This document shows positions 28,737 to 38,500 of a stretch of 64,000 bases of DNA, piece by piece. Where the stretch lies: positions 256,001 to 320,000 of the forward strand of contig CAXXYE010000001.1 in NCBI GenBank assembly GCA_963674865.2. The letters are read 5' to 3'. How positions within the stretch are numbered: the first letter of the stretch is position 1; the number at the start of each line of letters is the position of its first letter. Under the pieces are notes generated by a model. It saw only the letters and a program-made list of their open reading frames with translations, searched no databases and was not told where the DNA came from. The translations under genes were made by a program, and so were the position numbers. The stretch comes from Candidatus Hydrogenedentota bacterium (GTDB lineage: Bacteria > Hydrogenedentota > Hydrogenedentia > Hydrogenedentales > SLHB01).

Positions 28737-29720
28737 CTACTTGTATTCAATGAGCTGAGGCCGCGTTCTCAGCATTCTTGCCAGGCGGCAGCGCAAGACG
28801 CCCAGCGCCTGTGGGAGTTTGCCCAGCACGCAAAAGAATGCGTAGGCGGCGCTCTCTCGGTTAGTGAACCGCCGTCGGCGCATGTGCCCGTGGATGCGAA
28901 TCCATTGCACGGCGTAGGCGAGCAGTAGGAGAAGACTGAGCCCGTGCGTAGGCAGTGCGGCCGTGATGACGATCATGGGCAGTACGGCTCCCCAGAGCAT
29001 GATGCTCGCCGTCTCGCGCACGCAGTACCGTTCCGGCGACCTGCCGTGGAGCAAGGCGCCTTCGGCAAAGGCATGTCCCGTGCGCACATTACGGCGCCAC
29101 CACTGGCCGAAGCGAGTCATCGCCGCGTCGTGCCAACCCATGGGCGCATTGATGCGCAGAATCTTCCAGCCACGCGCGCGCATCCGGAAACACAATTCCG
29201 GCTCCTCGCCGGCGATTAGCCCCTCATGAAATCCATTGCACGCACGCACCGCCTCGACCCGCATCAGCGCGTTTCCGCCGCAACTCCGTGTCTCGCCAAC
29301 GGGCGTGTTCCATTCCACATCGCACAGACGGTTGTATACGGACGCTTCGGGAAAGCGTTCCATCAGCCGGCCGGACACAGCAGCGACGTCGCGCCGCGCT
29401 TCGATCTCCTCGAGTCCCGTTCTCAGCCATTGCGGTGCGAGTTCACAATCGCCGTCCACGAATTGCACGAAGGCAGTCTCCGGGGCCTTCTCGAGCAGTT
29501 TCTCAAGGCCGGCATTCCTCGCCCGAGCCGCCGTGAAAGGGGTGGAGAGAGCGAGTTCGGCCACTTCAGCGCCCATGGCACGCGCGGCCGCTTGGCTGCC
29601 GTCCGATGAGCCTGAGTCCACGTAGACGACGTGCTCGACCTGGCCCAACACGGACGCCAAGCACCTACGCAGCCGTGCGCCTTCATTACGTCCTATCGCG
29701 ACTATGCCGATGCCCTTCAC
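28737..29720 (-). CDS. GT2 glycosyltransferase
   Basis: IVAIGRNEG, YVDSGSSDGS, FTAARARNAG, FVDGDC and GEEPEL. The GTG start is coupled to the upstream gene. Confidence 0.92.
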   Translation of the reverse strand: MKGIGIVAIGRNEGARLRRCLASVLGQVEHVVYVDSGSSDGSQAAARAMGAEVAELALSTPFTAARARNAGLEKLLEKAPETAFVQFVDGDCELAPQWLRTGLEEIEARRDVAAVSGRLMERFPEASVYNRLCDVEWNTPVGETRSCGGNALMRVEAVRACNGFHEGLIAGEEPELCFRMRARGWKILRINAPMGWHDAAMTRFGQWWRRNVRTGHAFAEGALLHGRSPERYCVRETASIMLWGAVLPMIVITAALPTHGLSLLLLLAYAVQWIRIHGHMRRRRFTNRESAAYAFFCVLGKLPQALGVLRCRLARMLRTRPQLIEYK

Positions 29721-30685
29721 TGGGCGACCCCTCCGCGCAGGAATGCGCTGTTGCGGAAGAAATCCCACAGGAACCGGGGAGGGTCCAAGTCCTGTTTCCT
29801 CTGAAGGAGGCGCCGGCAGCGCCACAATGAATAGCCCGCGAGCCATGCCGAGTCCGCGCAGAGGGCGTACAGCAAGCCGTGATTCTTGATGAAATACCGC
29901 CGCCGCGCGTCAAACCAATACCTGGGCCGCCGCCTGGCCTTCATTCGGGTTTCCGAAATGCCCCCGGTGGATTGGCTCACAAGGTGGATGATCCGGCTCT
30001 GAGGCTCATGTCGGCAGCGCCATCCCGCCCGATGCGCCGCGAGGCAGAAGTCGACATCCTCGTAGTATAGAAAATATCCCTCGTCAAGGAGGCCCACATC
30101 GTCTAGGACTTTCCTCCGCACAAGCATGGCTGCGCCCGAGACCCAGTCCGTCTCGCAGGAGGTCGCCGGGATGCCTATCGGCACGGCCCAGCGCTTCAGT
30201 GCCTTTGTGGCCGGGCCGAATCGTAAGCCCGCGTCCAGCTCGCTCAGCACGGAATGGAATCGAAAGGCCGACACCTGCGGTGTTCCGTCAGGGTCTTCGA
30301 GCCGGCTACCGGCAATGCCCGCTTCGGGGTGTGCCTCCAGCGCGTCCACGAGCACACGGAGCGCCCCCGGGCGCACCACAGTGTCCGGATTGAGGAAGAG
30401 CACATAGTCCGGCGCCCGGCCTGCATCGAAGGCCCACCGTAATCCCGCGTTGTTGCCGAAGGCGAATCCCAGGTTCTCTTCGAGGGTCAGGAGCGTCACC
30501 CATGTGGCCCAACCGCGCTCGGCGATGGCGGCCTTGATGCGTGTGCTTGAGCCATCATCCGACCCGCCGTCGACTATAATCGCCTCGAGGCCGGGGGAAG
30601 ACTTTCGCTCAGCCTCCAGTGATGCTACGCAATCGAGCGCCATGCCGGCTGTCCGGTAATTCACGATGATTGCGAGTACTCTCAT
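29717..30685 (-). CDS. GT2 glycosyltransferase (WbbL/rhamnosyltransferase-like)
   Basis: IIVNYRT, VDGGSDDGS, NLGFAFGNN, LNPDT, WVSGAAM and YFLYYEDVD. Confidence 0.92.
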   Translation of the reverse strand: MRVLAIIVNYRTAGMALDCVASLEAERKSSPGLEAIIVDGGSDDGSSTRIKAAIAERGWATWVTLLTLEENLGFAFGNNAGLRWAFDAGRAPDYVLFLNPDTVVRPGALRVLVDALEAHPEAGIAGSRLEDPDGTPQVSAFRFHSVLSELDAGLRFGPATKALKRWAVPIGIPATSCETDWVSGAAMLVRRKVLDDVGLLDEGYFLYYEDVDFCLAAHRAGWRCRHEPQSRIIHLVSQSTGGISETRMKARRRPRYWFDARRRYFIKNHGLLYALCADSAWLAGYSLWRCRRLLQRKQDLDPPRFLWDFFRNSAFLRGGVAQ

Positions 30686-30722
30686 TGCCCCGAACCCTCG
30701 CGCGTGTTTCCCAGAGAAAATC

Positions 30723-31592
30723 CTAGCCTCGCGCCGCGCTCGGGCGCCGCCGCCGGAGCATCGCCTGCGCCAGCAAGAGGAAGAATAGGCTGTCGTCGAC
30801 CAGATACCGTTTCCAGAGGCGGCGGGGCTCTGCACACAGCCGCCAGAGCCATTCCAGCCCGGCCCGCTGCATCCAGCGGGGGGCGCGTTTCACCTGGCCG
30901 GAGACAAAGTCGAGCGAGGCCCCGACGCCCATCATTACAGGCACGCCGCTGGCCTTTGAGAAGCGGCGCATCCAATGCTCCTGCTTCGGGGCGCCCAGCG
31001 CCACGAAGCAGATGTCGGGCTGCGCGGCGCGTAGCATGCGCACTATTCCGAGGCCCCTGTAGATGTCCTTCTCAAAGCCGTATGGTGGGCTGTGGACGCC
31101 TACAATTCGGAGGCCCGGATACGTCTGGCGAAGCCGCTCCGCCGCCTTCGCGGCTACGCCCTCGGCCGCTCCAAGAAGGAATATCGAGTAGCCTCGCCGC
31201 GCGGCGAGTTCACTCACGTGAAAGATCATGTCCGACCCGCTAAGCTTCGCGCGGATACGCTTGCCGAGCAGGCGCCCGGCCCACAGAACCGGCATGCCAT
31301 CGGCCAGGCTCAGAAAGGCCTTGCTGTACACCTCGCGGAAACGTGCGTCGCGCTGCCACCGGCATATGTGGTCCACGTTCGGCGTGACAATGTAGCCCGG
31401 CCGTTCCCACAGTACCCGCTCCTCGATGCGGCGCAACGCCTCGTCGAGGGTTACGTTGTCGATCGGCACGCCCAGTATCTCTATCCGGGCGTGTGCGTCC
31501 GTTGGGCCTTTTCCAACGCCACTCGCCGCCTTAGGTGTGTCGGCTGCATCATCGAGCGGCCCCTTCTCAGCCTTTGTGTCCTTTGCCAGCAT
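30723..31592 (-). CDS. WecB/TagA/CpsF family glycosyltransferase (GT26)
   Basis: VTPNVDH, ADGMP, SGSDM, VALGAPKQE, GVGASLDF, RAPRWMQ..GLEWLWRL..EPRRLWKRY. Confidence 0.95.
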   Translation of the reverse strand: MLAKDTKAEKGPLDDAADTPKAASGVGKGPTDAHARIEILGVPIDNVTLDEALRRIEERVLWERPGYIVTPNVDHICRWQRDARFREVYSKAFLSLADGMPVLWAGRLLGKRIRAKLSGSDMIFHVSELAARRGYSIFLLGAAEGVAAKAAERLRQTYPGLRIVGVHSPPYGFEKDIYRGLGIVRMLRAAQPDICFVALGAPKQEHWMRRFSKASGVPVMMGVGASLDFVSGQVKRAPRWMQRAGLEWLWRLCAEPRRLWKRYLVDDSLFFLLLAQAMLRRRRPSAARG

Positions 31593-31613
31593 GCGTGCCG
31601 CTCCTTCGCCGCG

Positions 31614-33917
31614 CTACTTCCTTGCGGTGTCTTGTAGAATCGGCTCCACTGTATCGGCTACCTCGTCCGGCTCTACATCGAGGACTTGAATCTTGGGCAA
31701 CTCCCGATCGATCGTCCGCCGTCGCTCGCCGGCATGGTAGGTGTTGAACAGCTCAAGGTTCTTCTGCAGGTAGCCGCCCGCGGATGGCCGGATGGCGTTG
31801 ATTACGACGCCGAGAATGTGTGAATCCAGCCGCTCGAGTTCGGCCACGCAGCGGCGCACCATACCAAGCGTTGAGACACCTGCGCCGACTACCAGCAATA
31901 CGCCGTCGACCACCGGCGCCAGTAGCTTGGCGTCTGATAGCAGGAGTGACGGCGGCGCATCGATGATCACGTGGTCGAAAAGCTGTTCCGCCTCTTCGAG
32001 AAGCTGCGTCAGTTCCCTGGAGGCCAGCTTAGGCGCGAGCTGTTCCACGTTGAATCCGGGGCCCAACACACACAGACCCCGGTAGACTGTCGGGCGTACC
32101 ACGTCTCGAAATGCATAGCCGCCGGAAAGGACTTCGGTGAGGCCGCGGGCCGGCTCAAGGCCGAAATGACGCTCCACGTGGCCGGCGGGGGAGATATCGA
32201 CCAGGAGTACGTTACGGTTCGCTGCCGCCAGGGCAATAGCGAGGTTGCAGGCCACGGTGGTTTTCCCGTCGCCCTGCGTTGGGCTTGTCACGAGACAGGA
32301 GTTGATCTCGGCGATGGCATCGTCGTTGGCGAATGCGAGCCGCGAGAGAATATTCCTGAACTCGTTGGCCGCCGCCGATTCCGGGTGGTCTGCGGCGAGC
32401 GTCGCCAGGACCTCTGGTTCTTTGGCATCCGCCACACTGGTGTGGGGAATGGCCGCCAAGACAGGCTTATTGGTTACGTCCACAACATCTTTCGCCGACC
32501 GCACCTGTTGATCCGTTAGCTCACGCAGGAATCCGACGCCCAGGGCGGCCGCCGCCGAACTCAGCAGCGTCAGCAAGATCAACTGAAGCCGGCGGCCTGC
32601 TTCCGGCGCCAAGGGGACCGTAGTAGGCGATGCCACCTTCACCCTGGCCGGGGCGTTGCTCTCCACGCCAATCGACGTGGCTTGCTCGCGAAGCGTCCTC
32701 AGCACATTGCGCGTCTCTTCCGTCCTCAGCTTGAGTTCATCCAGTTCAGCCAGCGTCCTCGAGGCGTCCATGGCACGTTTATGCTGCTTCTCAACAAGCT
32801 GCTCGAACGTCTCTTGCCGGCGCGCGGCGTCCGCCGCCTGTTCCCGCGCCGCGGCAAGCGCCTCCGTCGAACGGGCGAGCATCGAGGATACGACGTCCTC
32901 GCGCACGGCGCGTTCCGTCTGGCTTACTTTGCCCCGGAGGGAGGAAAGGTCTTCACGTTCGACCTCGAGTTGGGGGGAGCCATCGGCGTAGCGTTGGGAG
33001 GCTCGTGCGAATGATGCTTCCGCTTGGACCAGGTCCTGCCGTAAGGTTGTGACTCGGGGATCCTCGGCCACTTCATCTTCGATTCCGAAGGCAAAGATGG
33101 CGCTTGAGGAGCCCGTTGCCTGTTCCTCTTTGATCTTCGCCAGCCGTTTGACCTCTTCCTCGGCGGTGGCGATGCGTGTCTGGGCTCGGGCGGCATCCTC
33201 CTCCGCACGTGCAAGGATCTCTCGGTAAGTCTCTGTGTCCTTCACGCCCAACTGCTCGGCGCTTGCCATAGGCACCCCGAGTTCCCGCTGCAGCTCGCTG
33301 CTTCGCGCGAGAAGGGTGTCAAGCTCGGCTTGCCGGTCGTCCCGTTCTCTTAGGAGTACGCGGAGCCGTTCGCCGCCCGCATCTGCTTCCTCACCCAAGG
33401 CATAACTCATGTACACCGCGAGGGACTTCTCGACAATCAGCTTGGCCTCGTCGCGGTCGGGCAGTGTGCAGGTGATCGTTACCAATTCGCTATTCTGGCG
33501 CACCTTGGCCTCGACGTGACTCCGCAGGAACGCCAACGGGTCGGCCTGTCGCCGGATGCAAGCCAGCCCTTGCACCTCCGGATCCTCAAGTACTCGTGAC
33601 AGCACCGCACCGCCCGTGATCAGGTTGACCTGGGTGTTGAGGAACTTGTCATACGTTGCAGGCAACTGGCCTCCGTCCGAATCGTGCAGCACGCGTGGGG
33701 CCGCGGCCAGGAAGCGCACGTCTGCCGTGGCCGTGTATTCGAGTGGCACCTTTCGCCACACGACGAGCAGGCCCGGCACCGCCAGTACAAGGAATGCCGC
33801 CGCCATAGCGCGCAGACGCAGCCTCAACATGCGTTTCACGTTCACACGCCGGGAGCCAGGTTCGGTCGGTTGTGCTTCAACAATAAGACTTGTGTTCGCT
33901 CTTGATTCTGTTTCCAT
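31614..33917 (-). CDS. wzc: Wzc-like polysaccharide co-polymerase / BY-kinase
   Basis: Two TM segments flank a coiled coil; cytoplasmic domain has Walker A SPTQGDGKT and Walker B VIIDAPP. Confidence 0.88.
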   Translation of the reverse strand: METESRANTSLIVEAQPTEPGSRRVNVKRMLRLRLRAMAAAFLVLAVPGLLVVWRKVPLEYTATADVRFLAAAPRVLHDSDGGQLPATYDKFLNTQVNLITGGAVLSRVLEDPEVQGLACIRRQADPLAFLRSHVEAKVRQNSELVTITCTLPDRDEAKLIVEKSLAVYMSYALGEEADAGGERLRVLLRERDDRQAELDTLLARSSELQRELGVPMASAEQLGVKDTETYREILARAEEDAARAQTRIATAEEEVKRLAKIKEEQATGSSSAIFAFGIEDEVAEDPRVTTLRQDLVQAEASFARASQRYADGSPQLEVEREDLSSLRGKVSQTERAVREDVVSSMLARSTEALAAAREQAADAARRQETFEQLVEKQHKRAMDASRTLAELDELKLRTEETRNVLRTLREQATSIGVESNAPARVKVASPTTVPLAPEAGRRLQLILLTLLSSAAAALGVGFLRELTDQQVRSAKDVVDVTNKPVLAAIPHTSVADAKEPEVLATLAADHPESAAANEFRNILSRLAFANDDAIAEINSCLVTSPTQGDGKTTVACNLAIALAAANRNVLLVDISPAGHVERHFGLEPARGLTEVLSGGYAFRDVVRPTVYRGLCVLGPGFNVEQLAPKLASRELTQLLEEAEQLFDHVIIDAPPSLLLSDAKLLAPVVDGVLLVVGAGVSTLGMVRRCVAELERLDSHILGVVINAIRPSAGGYLQKNLELFNTYHAGERRRTIDRELPKIQVLDVEPDEVADTVEPILQDTARK

Positions 33918-33946
33918 TGTCTTGAACCGTCCGCATAGGGCGTTCC

Positions 33947-35194
33947 TTAACGCCGCAAGAGTCCTAGGTTCGCCACCGTCTCGAGAACGGAGAGGGGCGT
34001 CGTTCCGTATCGGGAGTCGTCGTCAAGCAACTGGTCGTAACGGTCGCGCGTGTAGTATGCGTCGTAGGCTTTCATGTACAGGTCGAGAATCGGCGAAACC
34101 GTCTCCGTCAGTTGCGTGAACCTCATGAGATTGTCATGGAGGCTTACGAGGGCGCCGCGCGGCACGTACAGGATGTCGCCGGCATGCACCTCCGGGCTGG
34201 CGCCCGTCTGCAATGCTTTTCGAACGTCGATGAGCATCGCTTCCGTGTGTTGCCCATCGACTTGGCGAAGCAGCACTGCCCCGCGCATCCGCGCCGTCCG
34301 CTCGAGCGGCCCGCCCGCCCGGACGAGCAGTTGAAGCACCGTGGTACCGTCGAGAAGCGGATATACGTTCGGGTTCTGCACCTCCCCGAGCACGTAAACC
34401 AGATTCAGGCCTTCAGGCAGGTACACCACATCACCCGGAAACACAGGCGTGTCTGAGGGGTGCTCGCCGGGGTGCCGTAAGCCGCGCAGGTCATGCTCGA
34501 AGACCTCGCGATGTCCGCTGACGTGACGAATCAGAAAAGCCTTCGTCAACTGGCCTTGCGCGCCGATGTACGACTCGCCCTCGCGTGTGTCCACGCGCAG
34601 CCCGCCGGCGAGATTGATCGCTTGCAGCAGAGAGATGGGCCGCTCGTAAGGGTACTCGTCCGGCCGCTCGACATCTCCCATGACGAAGTATGACTTGCTC
34701 ATGACTTCGTTGACTGTCAGGCTCAGGCGCGGGTTGCGAAACACCGTGCTGTAGGCGTCGCGTACCGCCTCCACCGCTTCCTCGCGTGTCAAGCCGGAGA
34801 GCTTGATGTCATTGATCAGGGGGAGCGATACGCACCCATCGTAACGCACTACCACTTCACGGCTTAAGGCCGGGTCGTCGTAGAACTTGAAGTCCAATGC
34901 GTCTCCCGGGCCGATGCTAAAGGCCATCGCCATCTCGGCGTGCCGGGCCACTTCCTCGGGACTTGCCCCGTCATGCTCTCCCGTTGTCGGCTGTTCCGGA
35001 ATCTCGTAGAGTTCATTGGTGCGGACAATTGTCCGCTCCTTCACCACCCCGTCGCTCTTCTGTGTCGATACCACTTCGTGCGACACGCCGGAGGGAGGGG
35101 AAGTCGTTGCGCAACTTGCCATAAGCAGAGCGAGCCCGGCGACCAGTATCGCGTAGAAACTGCCTGCGGCTATGTTTGTCAACGTGTCCTTCAT
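33947..35194 (-). CDS. wza: Wza-like polysaccharide export lipoprotein with SLBB domains
   Basis: Lipobox LMASC; IGPGDAL, VRYDGCVSLPLI, VMGDVERP and VLGEVQNP. Confidence 0.9.
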   Translation of the reverse strand: MKDTLTNIAAGSFYAILVAGLALLMASCATTSPPSGVSHEVVSTQKSDGVVKERTIVRTNELYEIPEQPTTGEHDGASPEEVARHAEMAMAFSIGPGDALDFKFYDDPALSREVVVRYDGCVSLPLINDIKLSGLTREEAVEAVRDAYSTVFRNPRLSLTVNEVMSKSYFVMGDVERPDEYPYERPISLLQAINLAGGLRVDTREGESYIGAQGQLTKAFLIRHVSGHREVFEHDLRGLRHPGEHPSDTPVFPGDVVYLPEGLNLVYVLGEVQNPNVYPLLDGTTVLQLLVRAGGPLERTARMRGAVLLRQVDGQHTEAMLIDVRKALQTGASPEVHAGDILYVPRGALVSLHDNLMRFTQLTETVSPILDLYMKAYDAYYTRDRYDQLLDDDSRYGTTPLSVLETVANLGLLRR

Positions 35195-35504
35195 GCCCTG
35201 TTCCTTCTTGTCCCCGCGTGGACCTTCCACGCGTTCCCCTGCGCCCTGACTTCGGCGCGGCATCTTAGGAAAGGAACCTCCCGTGTCAGATGGCTATTCC
35301 TTCGGACATTGCGCGTGGACATCCGGGCGCGCCGACGTGCGGTGGTTTTCGATGGCTTACGATGGGGCTGACGGCAGAGTGCAAGAGGGCTTCCCTGACT
35401 CACGATAGGAATGAGTGAGGCAGGTTCGGCGCCATCGCTTGTCCCAAGAAAGCGAAAGGGAGCCGGCCCGTGTTGGGCCGGCTCCCGGCGAAGAAGACTT
35501 GAGC

Positions 35505-38500
35505 CTAGAGACGGTCCTCGATGAACTGCATCAGTGCGTCGTACTTCGGGGCGTCGACGCGAGGCTGGCCAAGGTACTGCATGGCGCCCCAACGACCCCA
35601 CTTGCAGTCCTTGTAGCAATTCACATAGTGCACGAACATGCCCGCGCCGGATTGGGCCCAGGCATTCAGGTAGTCCGTGTACATCTGTCCCATGCGCGGG
35701 TCGCTGTTGACGGCGTCGAAGAGGGCGTTAACCGTGTCATTGTCCTGCACGCCCCAGTAGCCTACCAGGTGCTGGCCGCCTTCGTAGGCCACAAGGTCCA
35801 CACCGTAGTTGCCGGCGACTCCGGCGCTGCTGGTGATCCACTCGATGCTCTCAGGGAGGGCCGAGTTCTGCAATTCGCCCACCAGGTCATCTAGCGTCAT
35901 GGCGCTCACCCACGAAGCATTGTCGGGGCTGCCCAGGTATCCGCCGAAGTAAGGCGCTATCGCCAGAACATCTGTGTTCAGGTACGCATCGTTGAAGCTG
36001 AGAAGTGTCTCGGAAGCCGAGGAATTCGCCGCCTGTGCGCCCATGACACGTACGAGCCGGTCGGTCGCTCCAAACACTTGCTCGAAGATGCCGAACACCT
36101 CCACGCTTCGCGCCGACATGAAGAAGGTAACGGCCTCATACTGATTCGTCGTATAGCCACGCGCCAGGCCCTGGTCGGAGGCATACTGGGCCTGTTGGAA
36201 CTGCCAGTTCCACACCTCGTTCGAGTATTCGACGTAGACTCGGAGGCCTGCATCCAGCAGGTCGCGCACCTGCGTGGCGAGCTGGGCAATGTAGTCGTCA
36301 GTCGCTTTGTGCGGCACGTTGATCCAGGCGTCCGCGTGCAAGCGGTTCGCCAGTGCACAGATAACCTCGATGGGTACGCCGCATTCAGTCCATCGCGCGT
36401 CTTCGGGCGTGGGGCGCTCCGACCACGCCTCCTGTTCGGAGTCGTTTGTTGCCATCCAATCCATGAACCGTAAGACTTTGTAATTCTTCACCGCCGCCAG
36501 GAAGGCAGGATGAAACGCCTGCGTCGCGTAAGTGTCCTCAAAGCGCTGGAACGTGGTGTAGGGGCACTCAGCCTCGTCGTACCACCAGGAGAACGGATCC
36601 TCAGGAGAGGTCCCACCAGGCATGATCACGCGGATGTTCCGAATGTAATCGCCCGGGTCGGTCGCCGTGATCCACAGGCCCCAGCCGCCTTGAGAGGGGT
36701 CTACGTTTACAACGTCCCGTCCCGAGGCCGAGGCCGCGTCATCTTTGCACGCCGCGAACTGATACTCGATCGTGCCCTCGCCATCGTAGAGGACAATGTA
36801 CTCGCCGCCGGGATACATATCCTGCAAGTCCCAGAACAGCAGTGTCTTCGCGACTTGGCCGGATTCCAGCGAGCGGACCCAGCCGTGTTCGTCGACGTCA
36901 AGAGTGCGGCCGTCATCCCACGTATAGGCGGTTCCGGAGATCCAAGCTCGCGAGGTCTTGAAGGCGTCGAGAAAGGCCCACTCCGGACTCCAATCCGCTA
37001 TGGGCGAGAGGTTCGTTCCGAGAGGAGAGTTCTCGTTCGCGTAGGGGCCGATCGGCAACTCGCCTTCTCCCTCGCCTTCTCCCTCACCCTCACCCTCACC
37101 CTCGCCACCGCCCAGGTTCAGTGCCGCAGCGGCATCGGCATCTGTCGGGGCCGCATACGAATCTTGTGTTAGGAGCAGCACGTCCAACCTCGGTGCAACG
37201 GGCAGGACCTCACGCTTCTCGACGATCAGCGTGTGCATGCCCGCGTCGAGGTCGCCTAGGCTGAGCGGGGAGAGCGGCCCTGTTTCGAGGCCGCCATCGC
37301 CGTCCCAGTGCCACTCCTGGAAGTAGTCTCGATTGTTTCCGAACTTCAGAGCGGCGCCGTCGTCAACGCGAACGAGGAATGAGTTGGCGTCGTTGCTGCC
37401 CGGATCGCCCGGATAGTAGAAGCGGCCCCAGAGGTACCATGTGCCTGAGGCAGGCAAATCCACCGTATAGGCCACCTCGTCGCCGCTTCCGCCGCCGAAG
37501 GCGCTCTCCGTCGAGGCCGGGAACACCTGGCCGGCCACGAGGGAATCGGCGAGTGGGTCGGCATCGGCGCCGTTCGCAAACGCGGTACACACCGCCATGT
37601 CTCCGTAGAACGCCGCCGTCGGGTCCAGTGCCGCCGCAATCCATAATTCGGATTGCACAAAGACGCCTTCACCGCTCAACAACACCGAGACCGTACCGCG
37701 GGGGTCGTCGGATTCGATCAGCAGCTTTGCCTGGCGAATCCCTTCTTCCGATGGCGTGAAGGCTATTTCGACTTGCGTGGACGCTTCGGGCGCGAGTGCG
37801 AAAGGCGGTTCCGGCCCGCCGCTCAGGAGGAACTCCGATGCCTCTGAGCCCGTCACGTCCAATCCCGAGACGGCCAGCGTCGTGCCGCCGATGTTCGTCA
37901 GCACGAGCGTGGCAGGCGCGCTACTCAAGCCCGTCGGGACGCCGCCGAAATCGAGGGTGTCGATGTTGACTTGAAGCTCGGGCGGGGGAAGCGCCAATCC
38001 CTCGCCGGACAGGGCCACTTCCGCGGCGCCGGCGGGGGCGTTCGACGCAACTACCAAAGTCGCCGCAGCCAAACCCACCTCGGACGGCGCAAACGTGATG
38101 TTGAACGTGGCAGAGCCGGACGGATCGAGCGTGCAGCCGTCCGAATTCTCGCATACGAATCCCGCCCCAACAACCGTGGCGCCGGCGATCTCGAGCGTGG
38201 CTTCCCCGGTGTTTGTTACGATGACGGAACGCGCTTCGGAAACCTCGCCGACGACAAGCGAGCCGAAGTCCAACGAAGTCGCGTTCAAGGACAGCTCGGG
38301 CGCGGGAGCTTCGAGTCCAAGCCCGGCCTCCGCGGCTTCATCGCTTGGGACAAACGCCGGATCGGCTGTCACGACCAGCACGTCCAGGCGCGGCGGGATC
38401 GGCTTCACTTCACGCTTTTCGATTACCAGTGTATGATTTCCTGCTTCCAGCCAGCCGAGGTACAGCGCGCTCGGGGCGCCCCTCTCGACATCTCCATCGC

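Noticed and set aside
35380..35395. GG-N10-GC (GGGAAG-CCCTC-TTGCA) upstream of wza
   Set aside because: The -24 element is a poor match; this could easily be chance in GC-rich DNA.
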